From positions 1 to 64,000 of the IMG/VR virus record IMGVR_UViG_3300010163_000016: a stretch of DNA of 64,000 bases; one strand, 5' to 3'. The notes beneath the pieces were generated by a model. That model had not been told where the DNA came from. It did not search any database and saw only the letters and a program-made list of their open reading frames with translations. The translations under genes were made by a program, and so were the position numbers. This DNA comes from a virus (taxonomy: Duplodnaviria; Caudoviricetes). Below are positions 17,401-24,808 of this stretch, one piece after another. Every line of letters starts with the position of its first letter. Within the stretch, counting starts at the first letter, position 1.

Positions 17401-18831
17401 TCACAGCGTTTCCAAATACTCCCGGCAGGTCATTGCGGACCCATCGCGCAGCAACAGACACTTCTGCTGACTGGAGCATAACCAATTCGAGAACTTGCTG
17501 ATGGCGCTGTCGTGGATGGTGATCTGGCTGGTGGCCGCAACCGTTACTGCCACGGCGCCGGCGTAGTCTCCGGCAATCAGGGCTTCGTTCAGGTTGTCAG
17601 CGTGGGAACCCCAGCAGCCGTACCCCATCAGATGGGGATTCATGAGATAGTCCTTCAGCTCCGGAATCAGAGGTCTGTCCTCATGGATGGTGATCCCGAT
17701 CTGCTCATCCGTATAGCGGAGGTCGAACGCCGCCGCCATCCGAATTCGCACCGTCCGCTCCAAAAAGATTTCCTTCAAAAGCTGCTGGAACTTTCTTTTG
17801 GGAATATCATGGTTTTCGCAGCCATCATAGAGATAGCCGCTCAGCGTTTTGATATAGCTTTCAGCCTCCTGATCGTCCCAATAGGTCATCTCGCTCTTGA
17901 CCCAATAGGAAAATCCGCTTTGGGTCTGTCCATCGAACACCAGAGCCTTATTCGTCAGAAAGTATGTCAACAGCTCCTGATCCGCGCTTTCGTCCTGTCC
18001 GGCGGCATAGCGCAGCCCGTACAGCTCGATCATCTTCCTGTCGCGTTGGGCGGTCGTTGCCCGAATTCTGTCCTGGTACGTCCGCAGATCTCTTGTCAGA
18101 TTCTCGACGGTCTTTTCAACCGTCTTGAGCCGCTGTTCCCTCGCCCTGCCCGTGAACTTAGCCAGCTCCCGGCGGATCGTGGCGCCGCGGAAATCGTGGC
18201 CGGCCTCAAACCGGCTCATGATTTCCCGGTAAGTGTCCAGAGACACGGCTTTGGCCGAAGACAGGCAGCGTATCATTGCCTCCTCATCCTCCGTGAAGGG
18301 ATGCTCCAAGAAGAAGTTTTTGAAATAGCTGCGCATGAAGACCTGAATGATATGCCATTTCCTGGCGTTCATGCTGTCCGTGAAGATGACAGTATTGGCA
18401 ATATCATCCTGGATAAAAGTCAGGATATACGAAGGAGTTTTCCCATCATGGAACCGGCTGTAGATCCGCTCATGGAACTCATGCCCCGGGACGCCGGTTT
18501 TGCGGATGGCGTCCGCCACGTGAGCCATAGTTTCATGATCGGCAGAAATGCTCACTACAGTGACGGTGTTCCGGGCGGAGACGTCCGCCAGATCCAGCAG
18601 GCCGGACGCCGGGTTCTTTCCTTTGCCGGAAGGAAGCTGGTCCACCTGCCGCAGGCGGAGATATGCCTCCTCCCCGGCGGGGAGACGGGAAGGCAGCAGC
18701 GCACGCATGGTCGCCAGCCAGCTCACGTCCTCGTTATAAGTATCACAGTGGATATGGGGAAAAATTTCATCGGCAACGTCTGAGGCGAGACGCACCTGAT
18801 CTTTTGTGATCGTGCCAGCGATCATGTTCAC
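17401..18831 (-). CDS. Large protein with coiled coil and C-terminal E2-like domain
   Basis: NPHLMGYGCWG resembles the prokaryotic E2 PH...C motif; coiled coil around REQRLKTVEK; sits between Ubl and JAB. Confidence 0.6.
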   Translation of the reverse strand: MNMIAGTITKDQVRLASDVADEIFPHIHCDTYNEDVSWLATMRALLPSRLPAGEEAYLRLRQVDQLPSGKGKNPASGLLDLADVSARNTVTVVSISADHETMAHVADAIRKTGVPGHEFHERIYSRFHDGKTPSYILTFIQDDIANTVIFTDSMNARKWHIIQVFMRSYFKNFFLEHPFTEDEEAMIRCLSSAKAVSLDTYREIMSRFEAGHDFRGATIRRELAKFTGRAREQRLKTVEKTVENLTRDLRTYQDRIRATTAQRDRKMIELYGLRYAAGQDESADQELLTYFLTNKALVFDGQTQSGFSYWVKSEMTYWDDQEAESYIKTLSGYLYDGCENHDIPKRKFQQLLKEIFLERTVRIRMAAAFDLRYTDEQIGITIHEDRPLIPELKDYLMNPHLMGYGCWGSHADNLNEALIAGDYAGAVAVTVAATSQITIHDSAISKFSNWLCSSQQKCLLLRDGSAMTCREYLETL

Positions 18832-18860
18832 TACTCCCTTTCAAAATGGATTTTCATTGC

Positions 18861-18903
18861 GCCGTGGAGAGAGGTTTTCTTTTTTTGAACCCCTCTCCAC
18901 GGC
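18861..18903. terminator. Intergenic hairpin between Ubl and E2-like genes
   Basis: GCCGTGGAGAG / CTCTCCACGGC 11-bp stem. Confidence 0.45.
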
Positions 18904-18909
18904 CATCGG

Positions 18910-19167
18910 TTACTTCCGGCCGCCGTTGGCAGGCTTGACGCCGCTGAGGATCAGGGTGGTATCGGCCGTGATGTCGGGGTGGGCGGAAGCGATCTCGTCA
19001 AAGCTCTTATCGGCTTCGTCGGCGGTCAGGGGGATGCCGTTGATCTGGAGATTGTAGTTGCCCAGGGTAACGCCGTTGTCGCGGATGAACGCGCGGGGCG
19101 TGACGCTGCCGTCCACACACTTGGGGTCGATGCGGTCCAGATTGTTCTTGTACATGACCTGATACAT
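18910..19167 (-). CDS. Ubiquitin-like (beta-grasp) protein ending NGG-RK
   Basis: 85 aa; LQINGIPL and terminal strand LILSGVKPANGG followed by two extra residues; adjacent to E2, JAB and E1. Confidence 0.7.
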   Translation of the reverse strand: MYQVMYKNNLDRIDPKCVDGSVTPRAFIRDNGVTLGNYNLQINGIPLTADEADKSFDEIASAHPDITADTTLILSGVKPANGGRK

Positions 19168-19209
19168 AATTTTGTTCTCCTTTTTTGATATGTAAATTCG
19201 TTAATGATG

Positions 19210-19256
19210 TGTGATGTTCCTGATGAGGCGGAGACCGGCGCGGCGCGCCGGTCTCC
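19210..19256 (-). other. Orphan copy of the ncRNA unit 1 3-prime arm preceded by a 12-bp hairpin
   Basis: TGTGATGTTCCTGAT at 19210-19224 is identical to 15527-15541; hairpin at 19230-19256. Confidence 0.6.
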
Positions 19257-19268
19257 TGGCGGGGATTG

Positions 19269-19670
19269 TTACATGACTACGTCGATGAGGCCGGAGAGGA
19301 ACTCCTGCTCCTCGGCGATCTGGGTGAGAGCGGGCTGGAACTGCTCCTCCACCTTGCGGAGGTTCAGGATGGCGGCGCCGAACTTCTCAGCCACATACTT
19401 CTTCACGTCCTCGTCGGTGCCCTTGCCGCTGATGTCCACCGTCAGCATGGCCTTCTTGGGCGCGGTGTTGGTGTCGGCGCTGAAGGTGGCGCCGAAGGTG
19501 TTCAGAGAGCCGGTCTTGCCCGCGGCAACCCGGAAATACTCCTGCTTCTTGCCGTCCACTTCCTTGGTGAGCGCCAGAGCCTCGCTCTTGCCGGCCTGCA
19601 GCTTCTTCAGGTCCTCCATCGTGACCTCAGTGGTTACTACCAGGGAATTACCGATTGTTTTGATCTTCAT
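19269..19670 (-). CDS. Lys-rich 133-aa protein, first gene of the Ubl operon
   Basis: Strong AAGGAG RBS, marked G/C-ending codon bias. Confidence 0.8.
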   Translation of the reverse strand: MKIKTIGNSLVVTTEVTMEDLKKLQAGKSEALALTKEVDGKKQEYFRVAAGKTGSLNTFGATFSADTNTAPKKAMLTVDISGKGTDEDVKKYVAEKFGAAILNLRKVEEQFQPALTQIAEEQEFLSGLIDVVM

Positions 19671-19759
19671 GACTATTTTCTCCTTTTCAAAAATGTTGGT
19701 CCCATTCAGTATGATCCGCCATCGCCGCGGGGAGGCAGGGGCCGTGATGACATATAAAC

Positions 19760-19785
19760 AGCGCCGCCCACGAAAGGGCGGCGCT
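19760..19785. terminator. 10-bp GC hairpin upstream of the Ubl operon
   Basis: AGCGCCGCCC-ACGAAA-GGGCGGCGCT. Confidence 0.5.
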
Positions 19786-20080
19786 AAATGAGGTCGTCTA
19801 AATTTGGAATATACGGCACACCATATTCCAGCCAGGTGTATGTGTGGGAATAATTGTGCTGTGCATAGTCTTCAAAGCCGTAGCCGACATATCTGGTATC
19901 GTGATACCGGTTATAGATCGGCCATTCCGGTATGCGTCTACGGTAGTGGGGCGGACCGGCGGAAATCCTGTGCGTATCACATTCTTCTTGAAATGCCAAA
20001 AACGTTTCCACCGAAGGAAAGAAAACCAGACACCTGGAAGACGCCAGGAACGTCTCCCAGTCAAATGGCTGTTTTATCAT
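19784..20080 (-). CDS. Small protein with DLI tail
   Basis: Ends PNLDDLI. Confidence 0.7.
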   Translation of the reverse strand: MIKQPFDWETFLASSRCLVFFPSVETFLAFQEECDTHRISAGPPHYRRRIPEWPIYNRYHDTRYVGYGFEDYAQHNYSHTYTWLEYGVPYIPNLDDLI

Positions 20081-20091
20081 CGATTCCCTCC

Positions 20092-20346
20092 TCAGATCAA
20101 ATCGTCCAGATCAGGCGGCACATCATTGTGAAGAGCGAGCTCTTCCAATTCATAATTCCAGCCGTAACCCTCCTCTACCCGCCCAGCGCAGTCATGTAAA
20201 CGGGGATGATATTCGTCATGCTGAACAGCATATCGACCATCCCTCAGTACACAGAACACGGTTCCAACCATCCCTATCTGGTGGGGCATTGTCCCATTCC
20301 ATTCCTTGTTTGCAACACAGATCACCCGGTCGCCGATTGAAAACAT
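20092..20346 (-). CDS. SH3/KOW-like small protein with DLI tail
   Basis: FSIGDRVICV, LHDCAG...GYGW; ends PDLDDLI. Confidence 0.7.
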   Translation of the reverse strand: MFSIGDRVICVANKEWNGTMPHQIGMVGTVFCVLRDGRYAVQHDEYHPRLHDCAGRVEEGYGWNYELEELALHNDVPPDLDDLI

Positions 20347-20366
20347 ACTTATCCCCCTTTCTCGTG

Positions 20367-20624
20367 TCAAATCAAGCCGGAAACATCCGGCGGGTCATCT
20401 TTCTCTGCAAGGCCGGCAAACATATCATCTGTCCACCAATACCCAGCTTCTTCAAGGACATACTTACCGCAGGTTGCTGATCGAATCGTTACGATCTGTC
20501 CTTTCCAACGAATCATTGGCTCTACAACCGCATCTCCGATATCACAACCATCCATATAATAGACCTTGCGCAAGACAAGGTCATCCCGCACCAGGACGCG
20601 GTCGCCGGGTGCATACTTCGCCAT
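20367..20624 (-). CDS. SH3/KOW-like small protein, variant tail
   Basis: YAPGDRVLVR; ends PDVSGLI. Confidence 0.7.
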   Translation of the reverse strand: MAKYAPGDRVLVRDDLVLRKVYYMDGCDIGDAVVEPMIRWKGQIVTIRSATCGKYVLEEAGYWWTDDMFAGLAEKDDPPDVSGLI

Positions 20625-20640
20625 AGGAGCCTTCCTTTCC

Positions 20641-20865
20641 TTAAATCAAATCATCAACGTTGGGCAGGTCGTTTCTGTTGGGAACCTGGATAATGGTCCA
20701 CACGCCGTGTTTGATATAGTCGGTGATCTCTTGTTCGGAATAGTTTTCATAGCGTTTTCCGGTTGTCATACTGACTAGATAACTGCTGCTGCCGTCTATT
20801 ACATATTCGTAACGAGGTCTGGAAGAGCCATAGTATTCAATAACGGCACGGCGCGGGATGTTCAT
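20641..20865 (-). CDS. Small protein with DLI tail
   Basis: Ends PNVDDLI. Confidence 0.65.
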   Translation of the reverse strand: MNIPRRAVIEYYGSSRPRYEYVIDGSSSYLVSMTTGKRYENYSEQEITDYIKHGVWTIIQVPNRNDLPNVDDLI

Positions 20866-21062
20866 GGCGCCAGCTCCTCATCTTCTTGGGACGCCAAGAT
20901 CCTGCGGATGGCTTTCTGCTGTTTGCTTGTCAATGTTGCGAAATCCAGCTCAAAATCGTCGCAGCCCCTCTTGGGGTATGGCAATCCGTCGTCGCAATCC
21001 CAGGAATATCTATACCGGCAATGCTCGCATACAGTCACGATAGACTCCTCCTTTCCATGTCT

Positions 21063-21347
21063 CTATATCAGGTCGCTCAGGTCGATCCATGGGATTTCTT
21101 CTACAGGGGCGACCATATCGTCATCTACATACCACCCATAGCCCCTCTCGCAGTTGCCGTTGCAGCTATGAAAATTGGACGTGTCGCATTCCACTTCCCA
21201 GCAGACGCCAAAGCGGCTGGGCCCTCCCAGCATTCCCATGCTGTCGACCACGGTGCCACAGATCCCAGTGCGGAGGACTGGATTACCCTCCGGATAATCC
21301 ACCAGCAGGCAGACGCGGTCGCCTTTTTTATACTGGAATTCGTCCAT
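21063..21347 (-). CDS. SH3/KOW-like small protein with DLI tail
   Basis: YKKGDRVCLL, FHSCNG...GYGW; ends IDLSDLI. Confidence 0.7.
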   Translation of the reverse strand: MDEFQYKKGDRVCLLVDYPEGNPVLRTGICGTVVDSMGMLGGPSRFGVCWEVECDTSNFHSCNGNCERGYGWYVDDDMVAPVEEIPWIDLSDLI

Positions 21348-21362
21348 GGTTTCCTCCTTCTG

Positions 21363-21710
21363 TTAAATCAAGTCGTCAACATCAATACCAATGTCGGACC
21401 CGATTAGGTGAGCAATTTCGTCATACAGGACTGCTGATGATGGCCGGGCAGCCGAAAATTCAATCCCGTCTGAAAACGAAGAGCACATGACAGTGGGCCA
21501 ATGACAGCTTTCTTTTATATCGGCTTCCGGGTCTGCAAGCATCTTTTCAGACCAGCCGGAACCCCCATGGGGAATTCCATGATCCAGCAAAAATTGAATG
21601 ACAGTGGCGCGGTCGCTGCCATTATCACAGTAGACGGAGATACGGCCTGCGCAGAACGCATCCAGAAATTCATCCAAGCTCACGGCAATACGCCTCCCTC
21701 TCCTCCTCAC
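21363..21710 (-). CDS. Small protein with DLI tail
   Basis: ISVYCDNGSDR; ends IDVDDLI. Confidence 0.65.
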   Translation of the reverse strand: MRRRGRRIAVSLDEFLDAFCAGRISVYCDNGSDRATVIQFLLDHGIPHGGSGWSEKMLADPEADIKESCHWPTVMCSSFSDGIEFSAARPSSAVLYDEIAHLIGSDIGIDVDDLI

Positions 21711-22185
21711 TTTCCTCTACCACCCAGATGGGGATTGCCGTCAAACCGAGACGTTTGGCAGCCACATAGGCGCTGTAGCCGTCCGTCAGCGTATGCCAGA
21801 GCTTGGTGACCTCAATTCGGGTTTGAAAGCTCCCACACAGCGCATATTCCTGCTCGCGGGTTCGGATCTTCCTTCGGCTGGGCGGCGTCATGAGGAATTT
21901 TGCCGGCACATCGATGGAACGGGGATTTGCCCAAGCGTGTACCGCCGTCACCGGCCGGAGAGCTCCTGTCGCCCCAGTGCGGTCTGTCATTTCCTTTACC
22001 TTCTCCGGGTCGCAGGAGGCTTGGCCGACTGCGATGGCAAGAGCTTTTCCCTGGCAGGTATCCACCTCCAGTCTCGTCCCCGGGACAATCATGAAGGCGA
22101 GGCTGGCGGGGACGGCAAAACAATAGGTTTTCTTGGCGCGGGGGTGGTGCTTGACCTCCACCACATAGGGGTATGTCGCGTTCAT
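21670..22185 (-). CDS. Protein with C-terminal ParB/Srx-like motif
   Basis: LTDGYSAYVAAKRLGLTAIPIWV; start MNATYP after GGAGG. Confidence 0.55.
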   Translation of the reverse strand: MNATYPYVVEVKHHPRAKKTYCFAVPASLAFMIVPGTRLEVDTCQGKALAIAVGQASCDPEKVKEMTDRTGATGALRPVTAVHAWANPRSIDVPAKFLMTPPSRRKIRTREQEYALCGSFQTRIEVTKLWHTLTDGYSAYVAAKRLGLTAIPIWVVEESEEEREAYCRELG

Positions 22186-22397
22186 GACGTTTCCTCCTTG
22201 ATTTTTCGTTTGACCGCACGCGCCTCCCTGGCGGGCGGCGGCATGGGCATCCATGCCTTGACAGGCACATGGGTGGCGAATTTCCCTTTATAGTACCGGG
22301 AAGAGGTCACGCGGTCCGTCTCTGTTGTGATGATGATTTCCGCGTATTCCTCCGGCGGGTCGGTTTTGGGATCCCGCCAGGGCGGGGTGAATGACAT
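22182..22397 (-). CDS. DUF551-like small phage protein
   Basis: WRDPKTDPPE...VKAWMPMPPP. Confidence 0.65.
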   Translation of the reverse strand: MSFTPPWRDPKTDPPEEYAEIIITTETDRVTSSRYYKGKFATHVPVKAWMPMPPPAREARAVKRKIKEETS

Positions 22398-22426
22398 GGG
22401 GGTACTCCTTTCGTGGGGATTTTTAA

Positions 22427-22534
22427 TGGTGTCGGTGGCGGGGATTGAACCCGCTTGCCTGATGTGGAAGGCAGGAACAAATTCCAGATTAACATTTTTG
22501 AGAAAATGGTCAGAGATTACATCAGGGCACCGAC
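22427..22534 (-). ncRNA. tRNA-like RNA (108 nt) with acceptor stem, T-arm and CCA but no canonical D-arm
   Basis: GUCGGUG/CACCGAC-A-CCA; GCGGG-UUCAAUC-CCCGC; internal 8-bp helix CCUGAUGU/ACAUCAGG. Confidence 0.6.
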
Positions 22535-22553
22535 AGATATGGACCATTTTCTC

Positions 22554-22766
22554 TTACAATGCACTTTTCATATGCAGTCCTTCATACGTCATGATTTTCT
22601 GCAAAGCTTCTTTCATATCCTCATAGCAATAATAACTGGCGTGGGAGGCAGCATTGTCAGGCGTGTTTTGATTGGTTTGGGCCACGACAAAGGGGTGTTT
22701 TGCTCCCCGGTCCAGCAGAAGAGAAATTTTTCTGCCAAGACTTTCCCCTTCGCACACAAGTATCAT
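22554..22766 (-). CDS. Hypothetical protein
   Basis: 70-aa ORF, start overlaps upstream stop. Confidence 0.5.
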   Translation of the reverse strand: MILVCEGESLGRKISLLLDRGAKHPFVVAQTNQNTPDNAASHASYYCYEDMKEALQKIMTYEGLHMKSAL

Positions 22767-23047
22767 GGATGCGCCCCCTTCCGGACAGCGTAATACTGAT
22801 CCCCGATCTCATCGTAGTAGTAGGTATAGTATTTGCTGAATTCTTCGTCGTTTGTCCGCACCACCTGGTAGAAGGTATTGGGCTCTGTATGCTCCATATC
22901 CTCCGCTTCCTGTTGCGTCAGCAGGAAACAGTAGCCCATTTCCGTATTCCGGACGTACTCCGCACTGTCATGCGCGCACTCATACTCAAACCAGGTTCCC
23001 TTTTTCACAGCTTCGCTGAACGTATCATGGATCTCTTTTGCAGTCAT
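22763..23047 (-). CDS. Acidic hypothetical protein
   Basis: Start MTAKEI after GGAGGT. Confidence 0.55.
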   Translation of the reverse strand: MTAKEIHDTFSEAVKKGTWFEYECAHDSAEYVRNTEMGYCFLLTQQEAEDMEHTEPNTFYQVVRTNDEEFSKYYTYYYDEIGDQYYAVRKGAHP

Positions 23048-23244
23048 GCCCACTTGATATACCTCCTTGTTGTTCTGCGGCTGCGGCGGAGCTTCTGCCG
23101 GGTCAGCCGGATCAATGTCGTAATGCCGCACAGAATAAGGCCGGCAGCCAGCCAAAGGACAAACAGCGCCGTGACGAAGACGACTAAATTCGCAGTGGGG
23201 CCGAATACCAGCACCGCGTCAAAAGCTCTTAACAGCAGCTCCAT
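23044..23244 (-). CDS. Small membrane protein
   Basis: One long hydrophobic segment and a basic tail. Confidence 0.5.
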   Translation of the reverse strand: MELLLRAFDAVLVFGPTANLVVFVTALFVLWLAAGLILCGITTLIRLTRQKLRRSRRTTRRYIKWA

Positions 23245-23245
23245 A

Positions 23246-23797
23246 CTACGCCCCCAGGAGCGCAAGCTCCATATCCTGCGCAGCCATCCGGAGCGCAGTT
23301 TCTGCATTCACCGGCCTGCGGCGGTCGGCTATCACACGGGCGTCGCGGTATGTATGTTCCAGGTGGCCGGCGTATTCCATTGGGAATTCCCCAGCGGGCA
23401 GCCCCACCCGGTCTTTCAGCACCAGCACCTCGCGGACAGGGTCCTCGCGCAGATCACCGCCGCCCAGAAGCATGGCGAACACCTTTCTGTCCTCCTGCTC
23501 GGCGGAAGTCAGGGGCCGCTCCGGCAGGCTCAGGAATTCCCTCATGGGATAAACCTTCCCGCAGTGGCGGCAGGCGGCCTTTGCCCCTCCCCAGGTCGTG
23601 GTGAAGGTCCAGCCGCCGCAGGCGCACCGTCTCATTCCCGTGCGGGTGTTCTTATCACCCAGTTTATCCGCAATATGGACGTGTATCCGCTGCGGTTTCT
23701 TTGTGTGGTTCCCGCTGTAGAAGCCTCCCTTTCCCTGCTCGGTGATGGCCTGCATTTCCTGGCTGATGGCATAGCAGTGGACGCCGTGTTTGCTCAT
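23246..23797 (-). CDS. Zn-finger hypothetical protein
   Basis: CACG and CRHCG; AGGAGG RBS. Confidence 0.6.
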   Translation of the reverse strand: MSKHGVHCYAISQEMQAITEQGKGGFYSGNHTKKPQRIHVHIADKLGDKNTRTGMRRCACGGWTFTTTWGGAKAACRHCGKVYPMREFLSLPERPLTSAEQEDRKVFAMLLGGGDLREDPVREVLVLKDRVGLPAGEFPMEYAGHLEHTYRDARVIADRRRPVNAETALRMAAQDMELALLGA

Positions 23798-23852
23798 GAT
23801 GTTCTCCTCCTTATCCTGTTTTCCATTTTCTCAAGCGTCCAAAAGGGCGCAA

Positions 23853-23887
23853 AAATGCCCGCCAGCTTGCTGGGCTGGCGGGCATTT
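23853..23887. terminator. Hairpin terminator
   Basis: AAATGCCCGCCAGC / GCTGGCGGGCATTT. Confidence 0.6.
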
Positions 23888-23993
23888 CTCTGCTCTTTTG
23901 TGATTTTGGCGCAGACTATCCCTGTGAAAAATCAATTTTCCAAATGATTTCACTGGATAGGGCGCGAAGATTGCCCCACAGGCGCGGCTTTCC

Positions 23994-24022
23994 TTGACTG
24001 CTTAACCAAGACGTGTTATCCT
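23994..24022 (+). promoter_or_regulatory. Sigma-A promoter for the type I toxin candidate
   Basis: TTGACT-17-TATCCT. Confidence 0.55.
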
Positions 24023-24107
24023 ATCGGTGTTCTTAACTTACCCCTGGAGGAACGAAGCGGACGCTTGACAGCTGAGCTGAAACTTCGGCCCAGAAAGGGG
24101 GACACCT

Positions 24108-24215
24108 GTGGAAACTATCTTGCTTTCCATCACCTGCAGCTTAATCGCTGGGGTCATCTTGGAGCTCGGTAAATTTGTCATTCGGCATTTCTGCCACTTC
24201 CGGAGAGTCCGTTAA
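24108..24215 (+). CDS. 35-aa hydrophobic peptide, type I toxin-like
   Basis: AGAAAGGGGG RBS, GTG start; METILLSITCSLIAGVILELGKFVIRHFCHFRRVR; structured leader and downstream hairpin. Confidence 0.6.
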   Translation: METILLSITCSLIAGVILELGKFVIRHFCHFRRVR

Positions 24216-24345
24216 GAAAGCGCCGGGTCGCGTCACCAGATACCGTGACGGGCCCGGTTTGCGCATGTGGGGCATGGTATGAAAAGGGTTTTCCCTTGAC
24301 ATTGATGTTGGAGAGGGGCGCCGCTCATGCAGCACCCCCTCTCCG

Positions 24346-24374
24346 TTGACATTTCCTTCACAGACTGGTAAGAT
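24346..24374 (+). promoter_or_regulatory. Sigma-A promoter with no clear downstream gene
   Basis: TTGACA-17-TAAGAT. Confidence 0.5.
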
Positions 24375-24764
24375 GGATTTGCCCAACTGGGGCGGGAAAG
24401 GAGACTGTCATTTGAAACAGTTTTTGAACTCGCCTGTCTCTGAAGTAATGCCGATGCGTGGGCGAACACAGCCTTGACGCTGTGACGCGGGACCTGACCG
24501 CTGAAGTGATGGCTCCTTGGGTAAGAGAGAACGCTCACATCACGTTCATGTTGATGGCGGGGAAAGCGTGCATATGCCAGTTGCTCAATTCCGGGCTGAC
24601 GCCCAACCGGAATAAAAGGAGTCCTATTTTGTGAGCAGCGGAATAGGCGTCGCCATCTTCATTGCGCCAAGGATCAGGGAAAACAAGCCAGGGAGAAAGC
24701 GCCGGTTGATGTGGCCGGCGTTTTCTTTATGCCACGCCGTGCCCAGTATGTATTGTGGACACAA

Positions 24765-24791
24765 AAGGCCCCCGATTAGTTCGGGGGCCTT
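24765..24791. terminator. Hairpin terminator after the MrpR-like gene
   Basis: AAGGCCCCCGA / TCGGGGGCCTT. Confidence 0.55.
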
Positions 24792-24808
24792 AGTCTATCC
24801 AAAATAGT

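Noticed and set aside
24630-24808. GTG-start ORF after AAAAGGAG
   Set aside because: Runs through two hairpins and has no protein-like features; cannot be supported
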